A DNA stretch of 64,000 nt from Puniceicoccaceae bacterium (GTDB lineage: Bacteria; Verrucomicrobiota; Verrucomicrobiia; Opitutales; Opitutaceae): contig REEB01000196.1 in NCBI GenBank assembly GCA_007695295.1, positions 2,289 to 66,288 on the forward strand, in the 5' to 3' direction. Under the pieces are notes generated by a model that saw nothing but the letters and a program-made list of their open reading frames with translations, searched no databases and had not been told where the DNA came from. The translations under genes and the position numbers were made by a program. Positions within the stretch are counted from its first letter, which is position 1. Every line of letters starts with the position of its first letter. Of this stretch, positions 56,829-64,000 are shown in pieces.

Positions 56829-57761
56829 TTAAGGTTTATCACTCCGGATGGGAGATGGAACGGTGGTGTTGGAAACCGACTCCGGCGGGGCCGTCCGGGA
56901 AAAGAGCAGCAGGCGCAGGGCGAGAAGAACGCGTGCCGGGGAAGCCTTCCACCAGTGGCGGGCATAGCGGCGGAGGTATTCGCGGGGCCACTCCGCTTCG
57001 CCCCAGGCGCGGGTAACGTCGCTGCAACGGCGGCGGAAAAGGGCGGAATTGGCCGCATCGTGGTCGCGCCTCCCGGGCGAGCTGCTGACGTGATGGAAGA
57101 TGCGGCTGCGGTGGGAGACGAGGATGCGGTAGCCGAGGCGCCGGAGCCGCACGCAGAGATCGATATCCTCCATGCCATTGCGGTAGCCCTCGTGGAAACC
57201 ACCCGCCTCCTCGAAGACCTGGCGGCGGAGGAGCAGGCATGCGGCGGTGGCGGCGTTGCGCTCGGCGAAATCTCCGGGCGGGCTCCGGCGGCGGTTTTTG
57301 GAGGCGTGGGCGGGCATGCCTTCGCGGTCGAAAAAGACGCCCGCGTGGTCGATGAGGTCGGTGCGGGGGTTGAGCTGGAGGTTGCCGACGGCGCCGCATT
57401 GGAGATCGGCGAGGAGCAGCCCGAGCATGGGCGGCAGCCAGCCGGGGGTGAGGAGGAGGTCGTTGTTGAGCAGGCCAAGGACCGAACCCCGGGCCTCGGC
57501 GGCGGCCCGGTTGTTGGCGGCGGCGTAGCCGAGGTTTTTACCAGGTGAGAGGACGCGGTGGGGCGGAGGCAGGGCGGTGAGAAAATCGGCGGTGCCATCG
57601 CTGCTGGCATTATCGACCCAGATCATTTCCCAGTCGTCACGCCCGATGGTGTCCTCAAAGCTGCGGAGGAAAGACCGGGTCAGATCGAGCCGGTTGAAAA
57701 CAGGGACAATGAAAGACAGCAGCGGAGACGCGGAAGCTTTGGAGCGGTCGGTGGTCGGCAC
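56829..57761 (-). CDS. Family 2 glycosyltransferase
   Basis: The 593-aa ORF in the track is trimmed to GTG (cac at 57759-57761), giving 310 aa. LSFIVPVFNR, VDNASSDGT, LLNNDLLL (DxD-like), EDIDLCVRLRRLGY. Confidence 0.8.
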   Translation of the reverse strand: MPTTDRSKASASPLLSFIVPVFNRLDLTRSFLRSFEDTIGRDDWEMIWVDNASSDGTADFLTALPPPHRVLSPGKNLGYAAANNRAAAEARGSVLGLLNNDLLLTPGWLPPMLGLLLADLQCGAVGNLQLNPRTDLIDHAGVFFDREGMPAHASKNRRRSPPGDFAERNAATAACLLLRRQVFEEAGGFHEGYRNGMEDIDLCVRLRRLGYRILVSHRSRIFHHVSSSPGRRDHDAANSALFRRRCSDVTRAWGEAEWPREYLRRYARHWWKASPARVLLALRLLLFSRTAPPESVSNTTVPSPIRSDKP

Positions 57762-57812
57762 GGCAACCGGGGCGCAGCCCCGTGGGTGCAACCCAAGGCG
57801 AGGAGGCGGGCG

Positions 57813-60674
57813 ATGACAAGGCGCAAGCGCAGGGGTTGTCTGTTGGGGGCGGGACTCTTGGCGGCCGGGCTGGCGGCGACGCTGGTGGCGGCGGTGCTCT
57901 TGGGGCGGGAGCGGATGGCGGAGAGCCTGCTGCGGCGCGCCCTCGCCGATGCCGGCCTGGAGACCGTGGCCCTGCGGGTCGAGTCGGTGGATTGGCGGAC
58001 GATGGCGTTGCGGGACCTGGTGGTGGCGGGAGACGCCTGGAGAGCGGAGATTGCGGGCGTCGAATTGGGCTGGACCTGGGGAGGGCTGCGGCGGGGGCGA
58101 ATCGAGTCGCTCGGGGTGGTCGAGCCATGGATCGAGGTGGATCTGCGGGAGGCGACCGAGCCCTTTGAGTTGGTTGAAAGCTACCCCTGGCCGATCGGCT
58201 GGCTCGGGGTGGCGGACGGTCGGATCACGGTGCTGACCGGGCCCGGCGATCTGGAAATTGCGTTCTGGGAGCTTGAGGTGGCGTCCGCGGAGAACGGCCG
58301 CCGGCCCCTGCAGGCACAGATGGAATTTGAGGGCCAGGGACTGGTGTTCGCGGGTTGGTTGGAACCGGAGAGCAGTTCGGCGGAAGTGCGGATGGATGGG
58401 ACCGGCCTGCGCTGGGACCGCTGGCTGCGGGTGCTGCACCTGCTCGGATTTCTGGAGGAGGCGGCGTTGGAGGAGCTTCCGGATGTGACCGTTGAGCCCC
58501 TGGCGGTGCAGGCGGAAGTCGAGCTTCAGGCGGGGCGGCTGCGGGCCTTTGCCTCGCGCCTGTTTTTGGCTGGCGGGGAGTGGCGGCATGAACCCGTGGG
58601 TCGACTGCAAATCGGCATCGGCGAGCTGGCGGCGGCCCTGGATGCGAACGGGCGGTGGACGGCGGACCTGCGCGTGCCGCTAAGGGCCGACCTTGCCGGG
58701 GGAGCGGAAACGGACTGGCTGGAAGTGACTGGTCGGTGGGTGGACGAACGGTGGGAGGGGGAAGTCCGGGAGGTCCGGTTTGCCGTTGGTGAAGACTGGC
58801 ACGGGGCGGCTGCGCTGACGTTTGAAGGCGAGGCTAGCCTGGAAGCGGGGATAGTCCTGGGGCTGGAGGTGAGCGAGTTCAGGGGGCCGGAGTGGGGCTT
58901 GGTGCCATTTTCGGCTGCCTTGACGGGCGGCCTGGGGCGGGCGCAATTCCGGATCGACAGCTTGAGGCAGACCGGTGAAAGGGCACCGGAGACCGGTCCC
59001 GTGGAAGGCTGGATCGCACGGAACGAGGCGGGGGAGGTGGTTCTGCATGCGGGATCGAGACCACACTGGGACGATGCGGAGGCGGTGGTGCTGCCAGCCG
59101 GCGATCCCCTCGCGAGTTGGCAGGGGACACTGCGCTGGGATGGGCGTGAACTGGATTGGCGGGTGAGCGGCCGGCTGCTCCCCAACGGAGCTGCGTCATG
59201 GCGTGGCGGCGGTGACGACGACCCATGGCTGCGGGTTGAAGAAGCCTCCCTGCCGTTTACGATGGCGGGCGAGGGGCTCGAAGGTGATGTGGTCCTGTCG
59301 GGGGAAGTCGGCTGGCAGGCCGGGTGGGCGGGCCGGGTCGAAGGGGCGGGCCGCCTGCTCTTCCATGCCCGCGCCGGGGTGGCCGATGTGGGGCGCTGGT
59401 TCCAGGCGGATGGGGTGGGTTGGCCCCGCCTGAGCGAGGCTTGGCTGGTTTTGGAAGAAGGCAGAGCCCGGGTGGATGTCCCCGCGTTGGGCGGGGCTTC
59501 GGGCGGACATCTCGCCGGGATGGGTTCGGAGGTGAAAGTGGAAGGCGTGGCGGCGGTGGTGCGGCGCTCCGGACCAGAGGACCAGGCTGCCTGGGAAGGA
59601 ACCGGGAGTTTGGAAAAACTATCGCTGGCCCCGGCGGAGCTTGAGGGCATTCACCTGCACATGCTGGCTTCGCCCGAGCGCATCCTCCTGCGTGGCGGAG
59701 GCTCGCTGGCGGGAGACCGGGGAAAAATCCATTTTGCACAAACCCTGGCCGATCCGGGCCGCTCGCCCCTCTTGGCGGGCGACATTCACCTTGAAATCCC
59801 GCGTTTGGAGTTGCTGGAGCCTTGGTTTCGTGCGGTCGGGGCCAGCCCGGTCGTGCCCACCGCCGGCGGACTGGAGGCAGTGCTGCGGATGCGGGGGCCT
59901 TGGGACGGACTGAGCGCCAGTGGAGAAGTGGGGATGCGGGGGGTTGGCCTGGAATGGAAAACCGGGGAAACCCGGCTGGCGGGATTGGAAGGGCGGCTGA
60001 GACTGGACTCTCTGCGGGAAGGCGCGGTATCGACTCCGGGACCGCTGCGGATCGCCTCGGTCCAAGTGGCGGGCCAGCGCGCGGGGCCGGTGACCTTTGC
60101 CGCCGGGCTGGAGCAATGGGTGCGCTACGAGCTGCGGGACCTGCGGATCGACTGGATGGGCGGCCAGCTCCGGATGGAGCGTTTCGGCGGGGATCTTTTC
60201 GACGGCACGGGGGAAGGACTGCTGGAGCTGGATCGGGTGGAGATTGGCATTCTGGCCGAGTCCCTGCCGGAAATTCCGGGCCGGCTCTCGGGTCGCCTCT
60301 CTGGCCGGGTGCCACTGGTGTTGCGGGACTTTTCGCCGATCCTGCGCCCGGGATACCTGGAATTGGATGGATCGGACACCGGCCGCCTGTTGCTGGAAGA
60401 CCGGGCTTGGCTGACCGAGGGGATGTCGCGCCGTGACGCCCGTTACGGCCCACTTCGCCAGGCCGAGCGGGAACTGCGAAATCTCAGGATCCACCGGATG
60501 CGGCTCGATATCCTGCCTCCGGATGCTCCGGCGAAGGCGATGCGGCTGTTGATCTCGGCCGAGCCGGAGGGTGCCGGCTTGGTGATGCCGGTGAACCTGG
60601 AGGTCAACCTCTTCGGAACGATCGACGAAGTGCTGCGGCTGCTCTCGCGCTCCGATTGGGAATTTGCACGGTAA
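57813..60674 (+). CDS. YdbH-like (AsmA-like superfamily) envelope-spanning protein
   Basis: ATG 57813 is preceded by AGGAGG (57801-57806). N-terminal anchor CLLGAGLLAAGLAATLVAAVLL. The C-terminal region GGQLRMERF...LSGRLSGRVPLVL...GYLELDG...LRNLRIHRMRLDI...VNLEVNLFG resembles the E. coli YdbH C-terminus (DctA-YdbH domain). Confidence 0.7.
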   Translation: MTRRKRRGCLLGAGLLAAGLAATLVAAVLLGRERMAESLLRRALADAGLETVALRVESVDWRTMALRDLVVAGDAWRAEIAGVELGWTWGGLRRGRIESLGVVEPWIEVDLREATEPFELVESYPWPIGWLGVADGRITVLTGPGDLEIAFWELEVASAENGRRPLQAQMEFEGQGLVFAGWLEPESSSAEVRMDGTGLRWDRWLRVLHLLGFLEEAALEELPDVTVEPLAVQAEVELQAGRLRAFASRLFLAGGEWRHEPVGRLQIGIGELAAALDANGRWTADLRVPLRADLAGGAETDWLEVTGRWVDERWEGEVREVRFAVGEDWHGAAALTFEGEASLEAGIVLGLEVSEFRGPEWGLVPFSAALTGGLGRAQFRIDSLRQTGERAPETGPVEGWIARNEAGEVVLHAGSRPHWDDAEAVVLPAGDPLASWQGTLRWDGRELDWRVSGRLLPNGAASWRGGGDDDPWLRVEEASLPFTMAGEGLEGDVVLSGEVGWQAGWAGRVEGAGRLLFHARAGVADVGRWFQADGVGWPRLSEAWLVLEEGRARVDVPALGGASGGHLAGMGSEVKVEGVAAVVRRSGPEDQAAWEGTGSLEKLSLAPAELEGIHLHMLASPERILLRGGGSLAGDRGKIHFAQTLADPGRSPLLAGDIHLEIPRLELLEPWFRAVGASPVVPTAGGLEAVLRMRGPWDGLSASGEVGMRGVGLEWKTGETRLAGLEGRLRLDSLREGAVSTPGPLRIASVQVAGQRAGPVTFAAGLEQWVRYELRDLRIDWMGGQLRMERFGGDLFDGTGEGLLELDRVEIGILAESLPEIPGRLSGRLSGRVPLVLRDFSPILRPGYLELDGSDTGRLLLEDRAWLTEGMSRRDARYGPLRQAERELRNLRIHRMRLDILPPDAPAKAMRLLISAEPEGAGLVMPVNLEVNLFGTIDEVLRLLSRSDWEFAR

Positions 60675-60775
60675 GTGGAAACCCGGGCCGTTTCCGGGCG
60701 TCTCAGGGAGATGAAGAACTCAGGAACAAATCAGCTCCTCGTTGCTCCTATCCACAGACAACCCCCTTCTTCATC

Positions 60776-61306
60776 ATGAAACCATCTCTATTTGCGCTTA
60801 AAGGCCTGCTGGGCAGCGGTGCTGTCGGTCTGGCCGTCCTTCTGGCCGGCTGTGAGTCCGGTCCCAACACTCAACAGGGTGCAGCCACCGGCGCGATTGC
60901 CGGAGGCATCTTGGGTGGAATCATCGGTCACCAGTCCGGGCGCGCCTTGGAAGGCGCCGCCATTGGCGCCGGCGCCGGTGCGGTCGTGGGCGGCGGTTAT
61001 GGCAGCGCCCAAGACAAGCGTGAGGCCGAGCGCCGGGCGCACCAGCGCCAGTTGGCCATTGAGCGTGCCGAGCGCGAACGCGCCCAGGCTGAAGCCGACC
61101 GTGCACGCTTGATCGCCGCCGGGCGGCAGATCGAGGATCCAGAGATTCTCGCGGCCCGCCAGCGGGCCGAAGCGGCCGAGGCCGAGGTGGCGAGGCTCCA
61201 CAAAGAGCAGCAGGAAGCCATTGCCCGGGCCCGCGCCCTGGCAGAATTTGAGGCTCGCGAACGTGCCGCCCGTGAAGAAGCCGAGCGTATCCGCTCCGGC
61301 GGTTGA
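60776..61306 (+). CDS. Lipoprotein with a glycine-zipper segment and a charged coiled-coil tail
   Basis: Trimmed to ATG 60776. Lipobox AVLLAGC. Glycine zipper GAIAGGILGGIIGHQSG..GAAIGAGAGAVVGGG. E/R/A-rich C-terminal half. Confidence 0.75.
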   Translation: MKPSLFALKGLLGSGAVGLAVLLAGCESGPNTQQGAATGAIAGGILGGIIGHQSGRALEGAAIGAGAGAVVGGGYGSAQDKREAERRAHQRQLAIERAERERAQAEADRARLIAAGRQIEDPEILAARQRAEAAEAEVARLHKEQQEAIARARALAEFEARERAAREEAERIRSGG

Positions 61307-61337
61307 GGCCGACACAATTTTCCCGCACCACACCCAT

Positions 61338-61368
61338 GCCGGCCCCCTGCGGGGGGTCGGCTTTTTTT
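61338..61368 (+). terminator. Rho-independent terminator after the lipoprotein gene
   Basis: GCCGGCCCCC-TGC-GGGGGGTCGGC stem (one G-U pair) followed by a 7-nt T run (61362-61368). Confidence 0.7.
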
Positions 61369-61444
61369 GGCGTTTCCTACTGATCCGGGCCGGAGAGGCG
61401 CCTTGGCGTGGACAGGAAGAGCCGGGCCGTCATACTCAGTCGGC

Positions 61445-62455
61445 ATGGATTACCGAAAATTTGGACGCACCGGAGTAAACGTCAGCCCCCTCTGCCTGGG
61501 CTGCATGATGTTCGGCTGGAAAACCACGCCGCAAGATTCCCACGCCATCATCGACCGCGCCATTGATGCGGGCATCAACTTTCTGGATACGGCGAACGTC
61601 TACGGCCGCGGCAAAAGCGAGGAAGTAACCGGCGAAGCCCTCAAGCGCAACGGCAAGCGCGACCGGATATTTCTCGCCACCAAAGTCCATGGCCGGATGG
61701 CCGACGACGATCCCAACGCCCAAGGCAACAGCCGGCGACACATCATCGAGCAGTGCGAAGCCACTTTGAAGCGTTTGCAGACCGACTGGATTGACCTTTA
61801 CCAGATCCACCGGCCCCAGTCGGACATGGCGATCGACGAGACCCTGCGCGCCCTCGACGACCTCGTGCGCGCGGGCAAAGTCCGCTATCTCGGCAGCAGC
61901 ACCTTTGCGGCTTGGCAGGTGGTGGAGTCGCTCTGGGTGGCGAAGGAGCACGGACTCAACCGTTTTGTCTGCGAGCAGCAGCCCTACAACCTGCTCGACC
62001 GCCGGGTGGAGCGGGAGTTGCTGCCAATGGCCCGGACCTTTGGCATCGCGACGATCCCATGGAGTCCGCTGGCGGGCGGTTTGCTCAGCGGCAAATACAA
62101 ACGCGGCCAGACCCCGCCGGAAGATTCGCGCTTCGCCAAGGTCAAGGACCAGCCGCACCTGGCGCGCCGCTATCACGACCGGATCTTCGATGTGCTGGAG
62201 CCGTTGGAGGCCCTGGCCGGGGACAAAGGCATCACCCTGTCGCAACTGGCCCTCGCCTGGGCGGTCGGGCAGCCGGGGGTGACCTCGCCGATCATCGGAC
62301 CACGGACGATGGAGCAACTCGAGGACAACCTCAAGGCGCTGGAAGTGACGCTCTCGGCGGAGGAGAGGAAACAAATCGATGAAGCCGCGCCGCCGGGAGA
62401 AATGACCTCGCCGTTTTACGAAGCGGACTTCGGGTACAACCCCTTCCGGGTGTAG
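61445..62455 (+). CDS. Aldo/keto reductase
   Basis: Trimmed to ATG 61445. MDYRKFGRTGVNVSPLCLGCMMFG, INFLDTANVYG.G.SEE, IFLATKV, DLYQIHRP, VRYLGSS. Confidence 0.9.
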   Translation: MDYRKFGRTGVNVSPLCLGCMMFGWKTTPQDSHAIIDRAIDAGINFLDTANVYGRGKSEEVTGEALKRNGKRDRIFLATKVHGRMADDDPNAQGNSRRHIIEQCEATLKRLQTDWIDLYQIHRPQSDMAIDETLRALDDLVRAGKVRYLGSSTFAAWQVVESLWVAKEHGLNRFVCEQQPYNLLDRRVERELLPMARTFGIATIPWSPLAGGLLSGKYKRGQTPPEDSRFAKVKDQPHLARRYHDRIFDVLEPLEALAGDKGITLSQLALAWAVGQPGVTSPIIGPRTMEQLEDNLKALEVTLSAEERKQIDEAAPPGEMTSPFYEADFGYNPFRV

Positions 62456-62690
62456 GCGGGTGCTCGCCGACGTCCCGCCCCGGTGGAGGAAAACGAGTGA
62501 ACGAGTTTTGGGCGAAGCAGATTCGGCTTGCGCCCGGCCGCGGCGGCGGATTGTCTCGCCGGCCTCCATGATGGCACACCCTTCCCGCTCGCTTCTTTGG
62601 CTTGCCCTCCGCTCCGGACGGGCCGTGCCGGCATGGGCGGGTGAGATCATGATGCAATAGACTCCCCACTCAGCCACCCTTCACTTTTGG

Positions 62691-62723
62691 GCCCGCCGGA
62701 AAACACTCCGGCGGGCTTTTTTT
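62691..62723 (+). terminator. Intrinsic terminator / possible attenuator hairpin abutting the EamA start codon
   Basis: GCCCGCCGGA-AAACAC-TCCGGCGGGC followed by a 7-nt T run (62717-62723). The ATG of the next gene starts at 62724. Confidence 0.7.
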
Positions 62724-63659
62724 ATGTCCGCTCCAGAACCTCAACCGTCACCAACGACTGGATACGCCCTGACGACCTTCGCGGTCGTGGCCGGTGGCTC
62801 GATCCTCTTCTGCTCGAAGGGGGTGGTGGCCAAGCTTGCCTACGCCCATGGTCTCGATGCCATTTCGGTGCTCAACCTGCGCATGCTGATGGCGCTGCCC
62901 TTTTTTGCCGGCCTCGTCGTCTGGGCGGCGGGCGGACTGCCACGGCTGGGGCGCGGGGATTGGCTGCGACTGCTTGGCCTCGGGTTTCTGGGGTATTACC
63001 TCTCCTCGCTGGTGAATTTCACGGGTTTGCACTACATCTCGGTGGGGTTGGAGCGGATCATCCTCTTCACCTATCCCACGCTGGTACTGGCGATCAGTGC
63101 GGTGGTGTTGCGGCGTCCGGTGACGCGGATGGCGTGGTTGACGGCGGCGGTGGCCTGGGTGGGGGTGGCCTGTGCCTTCGGCGGGGAAGGGAGGGTGCCG
63201 GTGGCGGGGGGCAACCTGCCCCTGGGGGCGTCGCTGGTTTTTGCCAGCGCCGCCATTTATGCGGTTTTCATCCTGCTCAGCGGAGGAACGATCGCGCGGG
63301 TGGGGTCGACGCTCTTTGCCGGTCTCGCGGTGGGCATCTCCTGTCTCTTTATGATGGTGCACTTCCTGATCGTGCATGCCCCCGGTGAGCTGGTGGGGTA
63401 TCCCCGGCCAGTGTATGTCCACGGCCTTCTCCTGGCGGTCTTCGGCACGGTGCTGCCGGCGGTCCTGATGAGCCACGGCTTGCGCCGGGCGGGACCGCAG
63501 GGTTTCGCGGTGATGGGGGCGGTCGGCCCGGTGGCGACGTTGTTTCTGGCTTGGGCGGTGTTGGGCGAGCGACCCAACTTGCTCCAGGGGCTGGGGTTGG
63601 CCCTGGCGCTGGCGGGCGGTCTCGCGCTGGCCCTGCTCCGGAGCCGGGCAACGGGTTGA
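62724..63659 (+). CDS. DMT-superfamily (EamA-like) transporter
   Basis: About 10 predicted TM helices in two EamA-like halves (ILFCSKGVVAKLAY...LNLRMLMALPFF; ...LLSGGTIARVGS...). Confidence 0.85.
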   Translation: MSAPEPQPSPTTGYALTTFAVVAGGSILFCSKGVVAKLAYAHGLDAISVLNLRMLMALPFFAGLVVWAAGGLPRLGRGDWLRLLGLGFLGYYLSSLVNFTGLHYISVGLERIILFTYPTLVLAISAVVLRRPVTRMAWLTAAVAWVGVACAFGGEGRVPVAGGNLPLGASLVFASAAIYAVFILLSGGTIARVGSTLFAGLAVGISCLFMMVHFLIVHAPGELVGYPRPVYVHGLLLAVFGTVLPAVLMSHGLRRAGPQGFAVMGAVGPVATLFLAWAVLGERPNLLQGLGLALALAGGLALALLRSRATG

Positions 63660-63684
63660 ATGCCGTTCGCTGAGAAGACCGGGA

Positions 63685-64000
63685 TCAGACCGGCAGACCA
63701 AGGAGCCGGCGATGGTGGTCGAGCCAGTCGCTGCGGAAAACACCGGCTGGATCGTAGTGGGATTTCTGCGACAGGAAATCGCGAAACCGCGGGTGGGCGG
63801 CTTCGATTTGTTCGGTGGTGGCCCAGCGGTGGTAGGTGAGGTAGTAGCTTCCGCTTTGGGCGAGCGCGAGGTCGATGAGGCCGCGGAAGGCGGCCCGGAC
63901 GCGTTTGTGACCGCTGTCCGAAGGATGCACCCGGAGGTTGAAAATGATGCCGGCCCAGGGTTCCCGGGCCCAGGGCAGAAACGTGTCTTCGTCTCTCTCG
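63685..64000 (-). CDS. C-terminal fragment of a probable FAD-linked oxidase-type protein (5' end lies outside the window)
   Basis: The frame stays open to the window edge (...ERDEDTFLPWAREPWAGIIFNLRVHPSD...). The tail YHRWATTEQIEAAHPRFRDFLSQKSHYDPAGVFRSDW resembles the C-termini of PCMH-type FAD oxidases. This is a weak call. Confidence 0.35.
   Translation of the reverse strand, partial: ERDEDTFLPWAREPWAGIIFNLRVHPSDSGHKRVRAAFRGLIDLALAQSGSYYLTYHRWATTEQIEAAHPRFRDFLSQKSHYDPAGVFRSDWLDHHRRLLGLPV

Noticed and set aside
62456-62723. Assignment of the EamA leader to the TPP or fluoride (crcB) riboswitch class.
   Set aside because: Only short partial matches are present (UGAGA; CAUGAUGGC). The other conserved halves of those motifs are absent, and the regulated gene type does not fit. 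It is left unclassified.
1-64000. CRISPR arrays, tRNA or rRNA genes, prophage or defence-system gene sets (restriction-modification, toxin-antitoxin, retron, CBASS-like).
   Set aside because: Visual scanning of all intergenic regions found no regularly spaced direct repeats and no tRNA T-arm signatures. None of the confident CDSs has motifs of nucleases, reverse transcriptases, cyclases or other typical defence components.

Overview
A 64-kb, roughly 65% GC chromosomal segment with about 45 protein genes on both strands. I recognised no rRNA, tRNA or CRISPR array. Gene content suggests a free-living PVC-type bacterium (Verrucomicrobiota/Opitutae-like): FabV, class II RNR, a DapL-like aminotransferase, PFK-family enzymes, sulfatase/GH genes and large secreted proteins ending in F-x-R-L-R. 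This taxon guess is inference only. Most of the window is housekeeping (hpt, tsaD, S41 protease, nrdJ, msrA, gdh, panC, nadB, dtd, fabV, a dsbD-like gene). The rest covers signalling (REC-PAS-HK-REC hybrid kinase, LuxR, GAF and PAS proteins), transport (ABC ATPase plus binding protein, a GluR0-like K+ channel, EamA) and carbohydrate genes (GH10, GH140-like, sulfatase). Many long ORFs in the track are antisense shadows typical of high GC, and several real genes needed trimming to internal starts. I found no compelling self-contained novel system. The observations most worth follow-up are listed here. (1) A 1303-aa secreted LamG protein carries a cryptic Cys-His-Asn, papain-ordered motif set. 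(2) Two structurally matched three-hairpin elements flank an orphan RHS/YD fragment. (3) A divergent cluster holds an alpha-oxoamine synthase, GT2, YdbH/AsmA-like protein, glycine-zipper lipoprotein and LolA-like protein, possibly for making and exporting an envelope lipid. (4) A 268-nt leader with mutually exclusive terminator and anti-terminator helices abuts the start codon of an EamA transporter. (5) An IS200-like Y1 transposase lies between 21-bp direct repeats. (6) An AT-rich 516-bp convergent spacer has no assigned function. All family calls come from motif recognition by eye, and none has been confirmed by a search.
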